Position numbers and translations under genes: made by a program. Positions 10,219 through 19,547 of a stretch of DNA of 64,000 bases are shown piece by piece; position 1 is the stretch's first letter; each line of letters opens with the position of its first letter. Source of the DNA: a bacterium (GTDB lineage: Bacteria > Electryoneota > Electryoneia > Electryoneales > Electryoneaceae); contig CAXXKJ010000002.1 of NCBI GenBank assembly GCA_963675295.2, forward strand, positions 1,216,001 through 1,280,000, given 5' to 3'. The notes beneath the pieces were generated by a model, which was not told the origin of the DNA, made no database searches, and saw only the letters and a program-made list of their open reading frames with translations.

Positions 10219-11304
10219 GTGGACTGGGGCTGGTACGTACTGATCGCGGTACTTGTCCCGCTCGCACTCCCGCTGTTTGTCCCGTTGATTGTGCGTGTAC
10301 GTGCGACCAGCGAGACCCGGGAGTTCGAGTACGCTGTCGCGCTCGGTCCATTTGCGTTGCTGCCCGATCTCGGCGACAACCTTGACCGCTACAAGCGCTC
10401 GGTGGGACGTCCCCTCTACTACATCACCCGTCCGATTGTGTGGCTGTTCAAGCTGATCGTGATCCTGCTGCGCATCCTCACCTGGCCGATCCGGGCGCTG
10501 CTGCGGTTGCGCCGTGGAAAACGAGACGCGACACCCTACGAACCCCCACGCGAGGAACCCGCGCCGAAGCAGATCGCGCACGAGACGAAGCCGCCGTCGG
10601 ACGAACCCGACTCCACTGTCTTCCATTTTGATGGCGAAGAAGGCGGTGACGACTCGACCCGACGCGACGCGGATTCAGCGGAACCGTCTGATCCGGAGGA
10701 ATCACCCGCCAAGCCCGCCGGTCCGTCCGAGACGCCGTCCGATTGGAAACGTGAGGACGATCTGTTTGGCGAGGAAGACACGGGAACGGGCTGGTCCGGC
10801 TCCGGGGATGATGCATCGTCCGGCAAGGACAGCGGCACCGGCAAACAGAAGAAGGGTTGGAGCGGTTTGCCGAAGATCCCGCTGCGGGCGATGATGGCGA
10901 AGGCCAGGGACGGTCTCGCAAAGGCGCGTGAGCTATACACGAAGTATGGCCGCACCGGCAAGCGGATGCTGCGGGCAATCCTGCTGTTCGGGAAGGAATG
11001 CTTGCAGGCGCTGAATTTCCGCACGTTCCAGCTTCACTGGTCAACCGGCGGTGATCCGGCGGCATTGGGGCAGATCCTCGGCTGGCACTATACATTGACC
11101 GGCGTGCTCGATCCGCGCGTGCAGAAGCACGTCCATTTTGACCCGGATTGGAACTCCGAACAGCTCGCACCGAGCGGCACGGCGCATGTGATCCTGTACA
11201 TTTGGCCGTATCGTTTCATTCCGCCCGTCATGCGGCTCCTGTTCCGCATGCCGTGGTGGGGCTTGATCCGCGTGGCGCGAGAGCAGATACTCAAGCGATC
11301 TTGA
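10219..11304 (+). CDS. Membrane protein, DUF2953 (YtfI-like) with acidic/Pro-rich linker
   Basis: N-terminal TM helices; C-terminal GGDPAALGQILGW resembles DUF2953; lies directly upstream of a ytfJ-like gene. Confidence 0.6.
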   Translation: MDWGWYVLIAVLVPLALPLFVPLIVRVRATSETREFEYAVALGPFALLPDLGDNLDRYKRSVGRPLYYITRPIVWLFKLIVILLRILTWPIRALLRLRRGKRDATPYEPPREEPAPKQIAHETKPPSDEPDSTVFHFDGEEGGDDSTRRDADSAEPSDPEESPAKPAGPSETPSDWKREDDLFGEEDTGTGWSGSGDDASSGKDSGTGKQKKGWSGLPKIPLRAMMAKARDGLAKARELYTKYGRTGKRMLRAILLFGKECLQALNFRTFQLHWSTGGDPAALGQILGWHYTLTGVLDPRVQKHVHFDPDWNSEQLAPSGTAHVILYIWPYRFIPPVMRLLFRMPWWGLIRVAREQILKRS

Positions 11305-11323
11305 ATCTCAGGAGATAGCAAGC

Positions 11324-11770
11324 ATGGAAAGCCAGGCGCAGAAATTGATCGAGGGTCTGCTCGACAAGGCCCGTGACATTGCGCGCAGTGAGACAGTCAT
11401 TGGCGAGCCGATCACGTTCCGGAATGTGCTCGTGTTGCCGGTGGTGAAGATTTCCATCGGTTTCGGTGCGGGTGGTGGCCAGGGCGGTGAAGGCGGCAAG
11501 GGAAGTGGTTCCGGCGGTGGTGGCGGCGGTGGTATTCGTGTCGAACCGACTTGCTTCCTCGTGCATGACGGCCACAACGTGCGCGTTCTGCCGGCCACAC
11601 CGGCCAAGGGCAAGGGCGTGGACGCATTGATCGAGAAGCTGCCCGACCTGATGACGTACGCGATGGACAGCTTGCGTGGATCGGGTGACGAAATGGACGA
11701 TGACGGTCCGGCCGAAGCGCCACGCAAAGGTGCCGCGCCGGTGGACAACGCCGCTGACGACAACCGCTAG
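11324..11770 (+). CDS. GerW/YtfJ-family protein
   Basis: TVIGEPI...LPVVKISIGFGAGGG...GGGGGGGIRVEPTCFLV signature. Confidence 0.9.
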   Translation: MESQAQKLIEGLLDKARDIARSETVIGEPITFRNVLVLPVVKISIGFGAGGGQGGEGGKGSGSGGGGGGGIRVEPTCFLVHDGHNVRVLPATPAKGKGVDALIEKLPDLMTYAMDSLRGSGDEMDDDGPAEAPRKGAAPVDNAADDNR

Positions 11771-11784
11771 CCACGGGAGCGCTT

Positions 11785-12891
11785 GTGCCTGACTTCGCCC
11801 CCGGCGTGCTCTCGGACCGGCAGATCAAGCAACTGGTCGCCAGCGAGGCGATCCAGTCACCGGCACCGTTGGAGCCGGGGCAGTACCAACCGAACAGCAT
11901 CGACTTGCGGCTGGGCACGGTGGCGTACCGTGTCCGCTGCAGTTTCCTTCCGCAGGACAGCACCGTCCAGGAACGGCTGCAATCGCTGGAGATGTATAGC
12001 TTCAGCCTTGAGTTTGATGGTGCGGTGCTCGAACGCGGGCAGACGTACCTCATTCCGTTGCAGGAACACCTGCATTTACCACCTGAAATCCGTGCGAAGG
12101 CGAATCCGAAGTCGTCCACCGGGCGGCTCGATGTGTTCACCCGCATGCTCAGCGACCACAGCCACCGGTTTGAAGAGGTGGCGGCGGGGTATTCCGGTCC
12201 GCTGTACCTTGAGGTCTTTCCGCGCACGTTTCCGATCAAAGTCCAGGCGGGGCAATCGCTGAACCAGCTGCGGTTCTTCAACGGGGACGCCGAACTGTCC
12301 GACGCCGAACTGTCCGCGCAGGTCGACACCTATCCGCTGCTCTATACCGACGCTGGCGAAGCCCTGTCGGTGGTGGACCATCACGTTGAAAACGGCCTCT
12401 TCATGGGTATCGATCTGCTCGGCAATGGGGATGGCATCATCGGGTATCGCGCGCAACGTCACAGCGAGGTGATCGACCTCGCCGGAATCGGCCGCTATGA
12501 TATGCGCGACTTCTGGGAGCCGGTCGAGGCGCCGGGCGAACGTCCGCTGATTCTGGAGCCGGAAGAGTTCTATTTGTTCGCTTCGGCGCAACGTGTTGCG
12601 GTGCCTCCGGAGCTGTCTGCGGAGATGGTTCCGTACGATACGGCCAGCGGAGAGCTGCGCACTCATTATGCCGGATTTTTTGACAGTGGGTTTGGCTGGG
12701 CTGAGCCCCGCGGGGCCCGGGTAGTGCTTGAAGTACGAAGCCATGACGTGCCTTTTCAGGTGACTCACGGCCAGCGGTTCTTCCGGCTAAACTTCCAACG
12801 GAACAGCGAAATCCCTGAATCATTGTATGGTGGGGCAGGTTCTCATTATCAGTCTCAGGGGTTGGCGTTGTCGAAGCATTTTCGGGTGTAA
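11785..12891 (+). CDS. dcd: 2'-deoxycytidine 5'-triphosphate deaminase (long, duplicated-domain type)
   Basis: QPNSIDLRLG, ANPKSSTGRLDVFTR, HYAGFFDSGFG, VLEVRSHDVPF, YQSQGL.LSKHF. Confidence 0.92.
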   Translation: MPDFAPGVLSDRQIKQLVASEAIQSPAPLEPGQYQPNSIDLRLGTVAYRVRCSFLPQDSTVQERLQSLEMYSFSLEFDGAVLERGQTYLIPLQEHLHLPPEIRAKANPKSSTGRLDVFTRMLSDHSHRFEEVAAGYSGPLYLEVFPRTFPIKVQAGQSLNQLRFFNGDAELSDAELSAQVDTYPLLYTDAGEALSVVDHHVENGLFMGIDLLGNGDGIIGYRAQRHSEVIDLAGIGRYDMRDFWEPVEAPGERPLILEPEEFYLFASAQRVAVPPELSAEMVPYDTASGELRTHYAGFFDSGFGWAEPRGARVVLEVRSHDVPFQVTHGQRFFRLNFQRNSEIPESLYGGAGSHYQSQGLALSKHFRV

Positions 12892-13048
12892 GGCCCCCCG
12901 AACCGGAGCTGTGGAGTCGGATGAGGCCTCCCCTCCGAACGTCCTCATACTTCTTACTTACGACGGTGCCAGGTTGTGAGGAATTTGGAGTCATCCTCAC
13001 ATCGCTGTAACAGGTTAAAATTACGATCTCCAGATTAATCAAGCAGAT

Positions 13049-13096
13049 ACACAATATCTAGTGCACGTTTCTAATCTGAACCTCACGATCTGGTGC
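13049..13096. promoter_or_regulatory. Tandem NrdR boxes upstream of nrdJ
   Basis: ACACAATATCTAGTGC (13049-13064) closely matches acaCwAtATaTwGtgt; weaker CCTCACGATCTGGTGC lies 32 bp downstream, the canonical spacing. Confidence 0.65.
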
Positions 13097-13127
13097 TTGG
13101 AGAAAATAATTCACCACCAGATCATGC

Positions 13128-13156
13128 TTGACAAGCAAGAAGTGACCGTCTATCTT
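13128..13156 (+). promoter_or_regulatory. sigma70-type promoter, probably for nrdJ
   Basis: TTGACA-17 bp-TATCTT. Confidence 0.6.
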
Positions 13157-13635
13157 GTCGGGCGTCTTCAGGCACGGGACAACGGAATGTGAGGAGAATC
13201 CGGGAAGGGTTCGGCTCATGTTCGCAAGGGGCTCTAGATCGTTGCGAGGGGAGGAGGATTGGGCCGGTTGAATTGCCACCAGCTGCGCCGCGCGGTCCAC
13301 CCACCCAGGAAGATGGTACGATTGGACACGTACCATGTCGTAGTTCCACCTGGTAGCATCTAAAGAGTTGTAACTAAAGAACTTTCAAAAGGATTATATC
13401 CTTTGACGGGGACCTCGCTCTCTCACTTGACGACGCGTTTTCGCGCATGTAGCCAACGCGAAGTCAGTATTTGGCAGGTTCCGGATTTCAGCGTCTAGCG
13501 ACGTCGCTATGGCGCGAAATCGAGTCGTTGTACGTGTGGTCATGAGTAGGATTTCCGGCCAGTCAAACAGAAAAATTTGCACTCGGTCGCATTCAACATA
13601 CAAACGTTTCCACTTCTTGTTGCTGAGGAGGCCCA

Positions 13636-16600
13636 ATGGCGGTTGATACGAACGTCGCAGCGCGTCACAAGGACGCTATAGATGAAGGTAAGTCCTTGAT
13701 CGGGCTAGAGTTTGATCATTTCTTCAGCCGTCCGAACAGCCACCCCTACGATGATATCGAGTGGACGAAGCGCGACGCCTCGATCATCAATGAAAAGGGA
13801 GAGGTGGTTTTCGAGCAGAAGGATCTGGAAATTCCCGAACACTTTTCGCAGCTCGCGACAAACGTTGTAGTGTCCAAATATTTCAAGGGCAAAATGGGCA
13901 GCCCGGAGCGTGAAGCCAGCCTGAAGCAGGTGGTGGGGCGCGTTGCGGACACAATCGCCGACTGGGGTCAAAAGGATAACTATTTTGCATCTGAGGAAGA
14001 CGGAGATGTTTTCCGTAGGGAATTGACAAGTCTTCTTGTCAATCAGGTGATGGCATTTAACAGCCCTGTCTGGTTCAATGTCGGGGTTGAGGATCACCCG
14101 CAGTGCAGTGCGTGCTTCATCAACAGCGTCGAGGATACGATGGAATCAATCCTCGAGCTGGCAAAGACCGAGGGCATGCTGTTCAAGTATGGTTCAGGCG
14201 CGGGCGTGAACCTGAGCCCGTTGCGTGGGTCGAACGAAGGCATGACGCACGGCGGTCAGGCCTCCGGCCCGGTCAGCTTCATGCGCGGCTACGACGCGTT
14301 CGCCGGTGTCATTAAATCGGGTGGCAAGACCCGGCGCGCGGCGAAGATGGTCATGCTCAATATTGACCACCCGGACATTGAGGAGTTCATCGAGTGCAAG
14401 TCGAAGGAGGAGTTGAAGGCGAAGGCGCTGATCGCCCAGGGGTATGATTCCAGCTTCAACGGCGAGGCCTACGGTTCCGTCTTCTTCCAGAATGCGAATC
14501 ACAGCGTTCGCGTCACCGACGAGTTCATGAAGGCGGTGGAGCAGGACGATGTGTTCATGACGCGGTCGGTGCTGGCACCGCATGATCCGGTTGCGACCTA
14601 TCCCGCGCGCGATCTGCTGAACAAGATCGCAGAAAATGCATGGCTCACCGGCGACCCGGGGATTCAGTTCGATTCCACGATCAACGACTGGCACACCTGT
14701 CCGCGAACGGATCGCATTCACGGGAGCAACCCGTGCAGCGAATACATGTTCCTCAACAACAGCGCGTGTAATCTCGCCAGCTTGAACCTGATGAAGTTCC
14801 GGCGGGAAGATGGCAAGTTTGACGTTGAGGCGTATCGAAACGCGGTCCGTGTCACCATAACCGCGATGGAGATTATCGTTGGGAACGCCTCGTACCCGAC
14901 GAAGCAGATCGAGAAAAACAGTCACGATTTTCGTCCCCTCGGTCTCGGCTACGCCAATCTCGGCGCGCTGCTGATGAGCCTTGGGATGCCGTACGACAGC
15001 GACGAAGGCCGTGCGTACGCCGCCAGCGTCACCGCGTTAATGCACGGCGAGGCGTATCGCACCTCCGCCGAACTCGCGGAAGCAAAGGGCCCGTTCAAAG
15101 GCTTCACGAAGAATCGCCGGCCGATGATGCGTGTGATTCGCAAGCACGCGAACGCGGTCGACAAGATCGACTCCAGCCTCGTCCCGCCGTACATGATCGA
15201 CGAAGTCGAGAACGTTTACGACGAAATGATCCAGCTCGGCGAACGTCACGGTTTCCGCAACGCGCAGGCGACAGTACTTGCGCCGACCGGTACGATTTCG
15301 TTCATGATGGACTGCGACACGACCGGCATTGAGCCGGACATCATGCTGGTGAAGACGAAGAAGCTGGTCGGTGGTGGTTCGCTGCAGATTGTCAACCGTA
15401 CCGTTCCGTTGGCGCTGAAGCAGCTCGGCTATTCGGAGAGCCAGGTCAAGAAGATCGTCGAGTATGTCGATGAGCATCACCACATCGGCGGCGCGCCGGG
15501 TCTCAAGGATGAGCATCTGCCGGTATTTGACTGCGCGCTGGATGTCGGAGGCCGCAGCATTCACTACATGGGCCATGTCAAGATGATGGGTGCGGTGCAG
15601 CCGTTCCTCTCCGGCGCCATCAGCAAGACGGTCAACATGCCGCACGAAGCCACAGTCGACGACATCAAGACCGTCTACCGTGAATCGTGGAAGCTGGGCA
15701 TCAAGGCCATTGCGATCTACCGCAACGGTTGCAAGAGCGACGAACCGATCAGCAACGGCAAGCAGGCGAAGGCGGCCGTGGTCGAAGGTCCGGTCGAGAA
15801 AATCGTCTACAAGCCGCACCGGCGGAAGCTGCCGGACGAGCGCCAGGCGATCACGCACAAGTTCAGCATCGGTGGCTATGAAGGCTACATCACAGCCGGT
15901 TTGTATGAGGACGGCCAGCCGGGCGAGATCTTCATCGTCATGTCGAAGGAAGGCTCGTTCATTTCGGGGCTGATGGACTCGTTCGCGACCTCGATCTCGA
16001 TTGCGCTGCAGTACGGCGTGCCGCTGCAGGTGCTGACGCGCAAATTCATCCACACCCGTTTCGAGCCGAACGGCTTCACCGGCAACAAGGAGATTCCCAT
16101 CGCGCACTCGGTGATGGACTATGTCTTCCGCTGGTTGTCGCTGAAGTTCCTCCCGCCGGACAACGCCGGGCAGGAGCAGCTATTCAACGATCCGGACGAT
16201 CCGGAAGGCGACGGCGGCTTCGACGTTGACAACGGTGGCGGCGGCCAGGTCTCCGGCAGCGGATCGGGTGGCTCAAGCGGTGGTTCCGCGGGCAACGGCG
16301 GCCCGACAGCCCGGGCAAACGGCGTCAAGACCAACGGCAACGGCAAGGGTGGACTGTTCAACCTGCACACCAACCGTGACGGCAAAGTCGTGCTCAAGTT
16401 CAATGGCAACGGCAATGGCAAAAAGAAGTCGCTGAATGATGCCCCGCAGAACGGTTTGACCAACGGTCATACCGGCAGCCACGGAAACGGCCACAGCCAT
16501 GGAAACGGCAATGGATTTGGCAGCGCGTTGGAGGAGGATTTCAACCTGCTTCCGCCGACGCCGGACATGAAGGATGATGACGATTGGGCGTCCAACGATC

Positions 16601-16728
16601 TGTTGCAACCGTCCTTCCAGCAGGTGAACGACGACACGCCGATGTGCCCGGAATGTGGCAGCACCACCATTCGGAACGGTTCGTGCCACACCTGCACCAC
16701 CTGCGGCGCGACGACCGGGTGCGGATGA
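13636..16728 (+). CDS. nrdJ: Vitamin B12-dependent (class II) ribonucleotide reductase with TSCPD domain and C-terminal Zn ribbon
   Basis: FNSPVWFN, QCSACFI, GGKTRRAAKM, NPCSEY, CNLASLNL, APTGTIS; C-terminal CPECG...CHTCTTCG. Confidence 0.96.
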   Translation: MAVDTNVAARHKDAIDEGKSLIGLEFDHFFSRPNSHPYDDIEWTKRDASIINEKGEVVFEQKDLEIPEHFSQLATNVVVSKYFKGKMGSPEREASLKQVVGRVADTIADWGQKDNYFASEEDGDVFRRELTSLLVNQVMAFNSPVWFNVGVEDHPQCSACFINSVEDTMESILELAKTEGMLFKYGSGAGVNLSPLRGSNEGMTHGGQASGPVSFMRGYDAFAGVIKSGGKTRRAAKMVMLNIDHPDIEEFIECKSKEELKAKALIAQGYDSSFNGEAYGSVFFQNANHSVRVTDEFMKAVEQDDVFMTRSVLAPHDPVATYPARDLLNKIAENAWLTGDPGIQFDSTINDWHTCPRTDRIHGSNPCSEYMFLNNSACNLASLNLMKFRREDGKFDVEAYRNAVRVTITAMEIIVGNASYPTKQIEKNSHDFRPLGLGYANLGALLMSLGMPYDSDEGRAYAASVTALMHGEAYRTSAELAEAKGPFKGFTKNRRPMMRVIRKHANAVDKIDSSLVPPYMIDEVENVYDEMIQLGERHGFRNAQATVLAPTGTISFMMDCDTTGIEPDIMLVKTKKLVGGGSLQIVNRTVPLALKQLGYSESQVKKIVEYVDEHHHIGGAPGLKDEHLPVFDCALDVGGRSIHYMGHVKMMGAVQPFLSGAISKTVNMPHEATVDDIKTVYRESWKLGIKAIAIYRNGCKSDEPISNGKQAKAAVVEGPVEKIVYKPHRRKLPDERQAITHKFSIGGYEGYITAGLYEDGQPGEIFIVMSKEGSFISGLMDSFATSISIALQYGVPLQVLTRKFIHTRFEPNGFTGNKEIPIAHSVMDYVFRWLSLKFLPPDNAGQEQLFNDPDDPEGDGGFDVDNGGGGQVSGSGSGGSSGGSAGNGGPTARANGVKTNGNGKGGLFNLHTNRDGKVVLKFNGNGNGKKKSLNDAPQNGLTNGHTGSHGNGHSHGNGNGFGSALEEDFNLLPPTPDMKDDDDWASNDLLQPSFQQVNDDTPMCPECGSTTIRNGSCHTCTTCGATTGCG

Positions 16729-16734
16729 TTCGTG

Positions 16735-16772
16735 GAGCTGTGAGTTGCGAGCTCTAAACTGTGAACTGTGAG
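16735..16772. repeat. Degenerate heptamer tandem array (GAGCTGT-like)
   Basis: gagctgt gagttgc gagctct aaactgt gaactgt gagt immediately after the nrdJ stop. Confidence 0.6.
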
Positions 16773-16782
16773 TCTATCCTGA

Positions 16783-16815
16783 TGTGGCCGTGTCTGATAG
16801 CAGACCGGCCACTTT
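16783..16815 (+). terminator. Probable terminator after nrdJ
   Basis: GTGGCCGTGTCTG ATAG CAGACCGGCCAC followed by TTTC. Confidence 0.5.
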
Positions 16816-16970
16816 CATCTCAAGTGGCGACTTTTTAACCTCAATCTGTATGCCCCGACCGCAGAAGAACTAGTCGGGATCACATCACTGTGGCATGCGA
16901 CCGTCAGAGTACATCCGTTTTCCGCATCTTCCGTGTCCGCACCTTTTGCGACACGGCCACACCATTGCGG

Positions 16971-17133
16971 CATGCCCTCGGGCTTCAGCCCGGGATTCGC
17001 TACGGTTCAAGTAATCACCGCACTCACGCCCTCGGACTTCAGTCCGGGGTACGCCGCCTGCGTTTGCAAGCCAACACGGTCACCTTATCTTCCAGTGCCC
17101 AGAGCATGTGCCCCAGACATTCATGTCTGGGAT
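16971..17133 (+). repeat. Cluster of REP-like palindromes
   Basis: CATGCCCTCGGGCTTCAGCCCGGG, CACGCCCTCGGACTTCAGTCCGGG and TGCCCCAGACATTCATGTCTGGG. Confidence 0.8.
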
Positions 17134-17169
17134 TGTCCACAGCCCAAACTTCATAGTCCGAGACCATCC

Positions 17170-18675
17170 ATGACCACCGCAGAAATCCTCATCCTTGTCG
17201 TCGTCATCTTGGCGGCCGTGCCGGGGTGGCTTCTCGTTTTCCGCAAACAGGGCGGCGTCAGCGCGTCCGACCTGGATGCGCGTCTCGCCGACCAGCAGCG
17301 CCAGTTCAACGACGAACTCGGCCGTATCCGTGAGGGCATCGAACGAGTGCAGCGCGAGTTAAACGACGGTCTCAAACTGACGTTTGAAACCCGTGTCGAC
17401 GCGTTAAAATCCTCGATCAGCGACACGTTGACCAAGGGTCGTGAAAGCCAGGATGTCCGTCTCGACAAGGTGGAGACGACGCTTCGTGACCTGATCACGC
17501 AGTTCAAGAACGCGCAGGCCGAACTGCAGCAGAAGTTGTTTGAGACGTTGAAGACGCAGGGCGAGGAAAACAAGAATGTGATCCTCACGTTGCAGGAGCG
17601 TGTCGCGAAGGAGTTGGGCGAGCTGCGCGATCAGCAACGGGAAGCGTCGGAGAAGCTGAACGAAGGTGTTCGGGTCAACCTCGAGAAGGTGAGCCAGGCG
17701 AACGAGGAGAAGCTGGAGAAGATTCGTTTGACAGTGGACGAAAAGCTGCACGAAACGTTGGAGAAGCGGCTCGGCGAATCGTTCAAGCAGGTCAGCGAAC
17801 GGCTGGAGGAAGTCCACAAGGGGCTCGGCGAAATGCAGACCCTCGCCAGCGGGGTGGGCGATCTGAAACGTGTGCTGAGCAACGTTCGCGAGCGGGGCAC
17901 CATCGGTGAAGTGCAGCTGGAGGCGTTGCTCGAGCAAGTGTTCACGCCGTCCCAGTACGAAAAGAACTGTGCGACGATTCCGGGCAGCAGCGAGCGCGTC
18001 GAGTTCGCGTTGAAGCTGCCGAACGGACCGGACGAACAGACGCCACTGCTGCTGCCGATCGACGCCAAGTTCCCGGTCGAGACCCGCGAACGCATGGATC
18101 AAGCCATCGAAGCAGGCGACAAGGAGGCGTATGCGCAGGCGCAGAAGGAGCTGACCCGTGTGCTGCTGGGCGAAGCGAAGAAGATCCGCACGAAGTACAT
18201 CGGGCCGCCGTACACGACGGATATCGCGTTGATGTTCATTCCTACCGAGGGGTTGTACGCTGAGGTGCTGCGCGCGCCGAGCCTGGTGCAGACGATGCAG
18301 AGCGAGCACCACGTGATCCCGGTCGGCCCAACGAATTTGTTCGCGATTTTGAGCAGTTTGCAGATGGGCTTCAAGACGCTCGCGATCGAAAAACGCAGCT
18401 CGGAAGTGTGGGATGTGTTGCGCGCGGTGAAGACCGAGTTCGAAAAGTTCGGCGGCATGCTGGACGGTGTCAGCAAGAAACTCACCGAGGCCCAGAACAA
18501 GATCAGCCAGGCACGTGGCAAGACGACCACCATTCGCCGCAAGATGAAGGGTGTCGAATCGTTACCCGAGCTGGAAGCGTCCAAGCTGCTCGGCGACGAA
18601 GGAGACGACGGTTCCGGCGCCGAAAGTGATCTGAACGAGAAGGGTTCCGGCGCCGAAGGTGCCGAATCTGACTAG
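17170..18675 (+). CDS. rmuC: DNA recombination protein RmuC
   Basis: N-terminal TM, long coiled coil, RGTIGEVQLE, IDAKFP, FIPTEGLYAE, GPTNL. Confidence 0.93.
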   Translation: MTTAEILILVVVILAAVPGWLLVFRKQGGVSASDLDARLADQQRQFNDELGRIREGIERVQRELNDGLKLTFETRVDALKSSISDTLTKGRESQDVRLDKVETTLRDLITQFKNAQAELQQKLFETLKTQGEENKNVILTLQERVAKELGELRDQQREASEKLNEGVRVNLEKVSQANEEKLEKIRLTVDEKLHETLEKRLGESFKQVSERLEEVHKGLGEMQTLASGVGDLKRVLSNVRERGTIGEVQLEALLEQVFTPSQYEKNCATIPGSSERVEFALKLPNGPDEQTPLLLPIDAKFPVETRERMDQAIEAGDKEAYAQAQKELTRVLLGEAKKIRTKYIGPPYTTDIALMFIPTEGLYAEVLRAPSLVQTMQSEHHVIPVGPTNLFAILSSLQMGFKTLAIEKRSSEVWDVLRAVKTEFEKFGGMLDGVSKKLTEAQNKISQARGKTTTIRRKMKGVESLPELEASKLLGDEGDDGSGAESDLNEKGSGAEGAESD

Positions 18676-18730
18676 CTCCGGGTGTCAACCCGGAGAGGGT
18701 GCAGCGCCGTCACGTTCACTGCAGCCCCAT

Positions 18731-18776
18731 CGAGCGATTCGAACATTTCGACGCAATGTTCGAATCGCTCGGTTTT
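18731..18776 (+). terminator. 17-bp perfect hairpin followed by a T run, after rmuC
   Basis: CGAGCGATTCGAACATT-tcgacgc-AATGTTCGAATCGCTCG-GTTTT. Confidence 0.6.
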
Positions 18777-18974
18777 ACGCCGTTTGATTGGATTGGCCGA
18801 CTCGTCATGATGTTGCGCGACATGTGCGCCAGACGTGCCTGCCAGCTGCTTTGTATGGTGATACGGGTGTGCTATGCTAGCAGGGCCAACCCGCGACAGG
18901 CGTCAAAGCCCGATGCCTGCGGGAGCTTCAGTACGCTACCGCGGCTTACCCGCCGTCCGCCGCCCGCACTCATC

Positions 18975-19030
18975 TGGTGCCCGTGATTGTTCGTCACGTC
19001 TGTTTGTGACGGCTATCGCGGCTGATCCGA
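18975..19030 (+). repeat. 56-nt dispersed hairpin repeat, copy 2
   Basis: Near-identical to 3298-3353. Confidence 0.75.
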
Positions 19031-19112
19031 CAGGGTGATCGACCAGTATCAGATCCGCGTCAGCAAGCTGACACGGGCGCATCAACTAATCCCTCCCAGA
19101 CGACCAATTCGG

Positions 19113-19144
19113 ACATGCCCTCGGGCTGAAGCCCGAAGGCATGT
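19113..19144. repeat. REP-like palindrome
   Basis: ACATGCCCTCGGGCTGAAGCCCGAAGGCATGT. Confidence 0.75.
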
Positions 19145-19547
19145 TAGTCGTGAGATGATCGGTTTCGGAAAACAGCTATCAAATAGTCGCGACCGTTCGA
19201 TGGGTGGCTGTGTGAACAACACGAAGGCACGATCAGCCGATTGGGGTCAAATTTCGTAAATCACCCGATACTGCTAACACTGTTACAAACCGAAATATCC
19301 CTCTGTTTTCCCAAACCCCGGGAGCAGTCCGGGGAAACCTTTCGGGCTCTCCGTTTGTGCAAAGTTTGGAGAGTATGAGTTATTCTTCACGCATGATGCT
19401 GGTGAGGCGTCATCAGGCATGAAGGTGCATCGCGTGGAAACAGGGCTGGAGATTCCGGATCCCTGGCGCGGTGTGGCATGGAGTGTGCGGGGGGTAGACA
19501 GGTAGCGTGAGCAGGTGTTTCAATTTGTATGATGTGGAGTGTGCCCC

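Noticed and set aside
13160-13330. Cobalamin riboswitch upstream of nrdJ
   Set aside because: Only fragmentary GGGAA/AATCCGG resemblance; no GCCACUG or B12-box recognisable, so it was not called.
16190-16530. Intein in NrdJ
   Set aside because: The insert is low-complexity with no C/S start, HN-C/S/T end or LAGLIDADG motif.
16933-17169. N-terminal extensions in the ORF track (rmuC from 16933, TPR gene from 41359, moxR from 45018, MBL gene from 8061)
   Set aside because: Extensions run through REP or intergenic sequence; downstream ATGs give proper signal peptides or domain starts.
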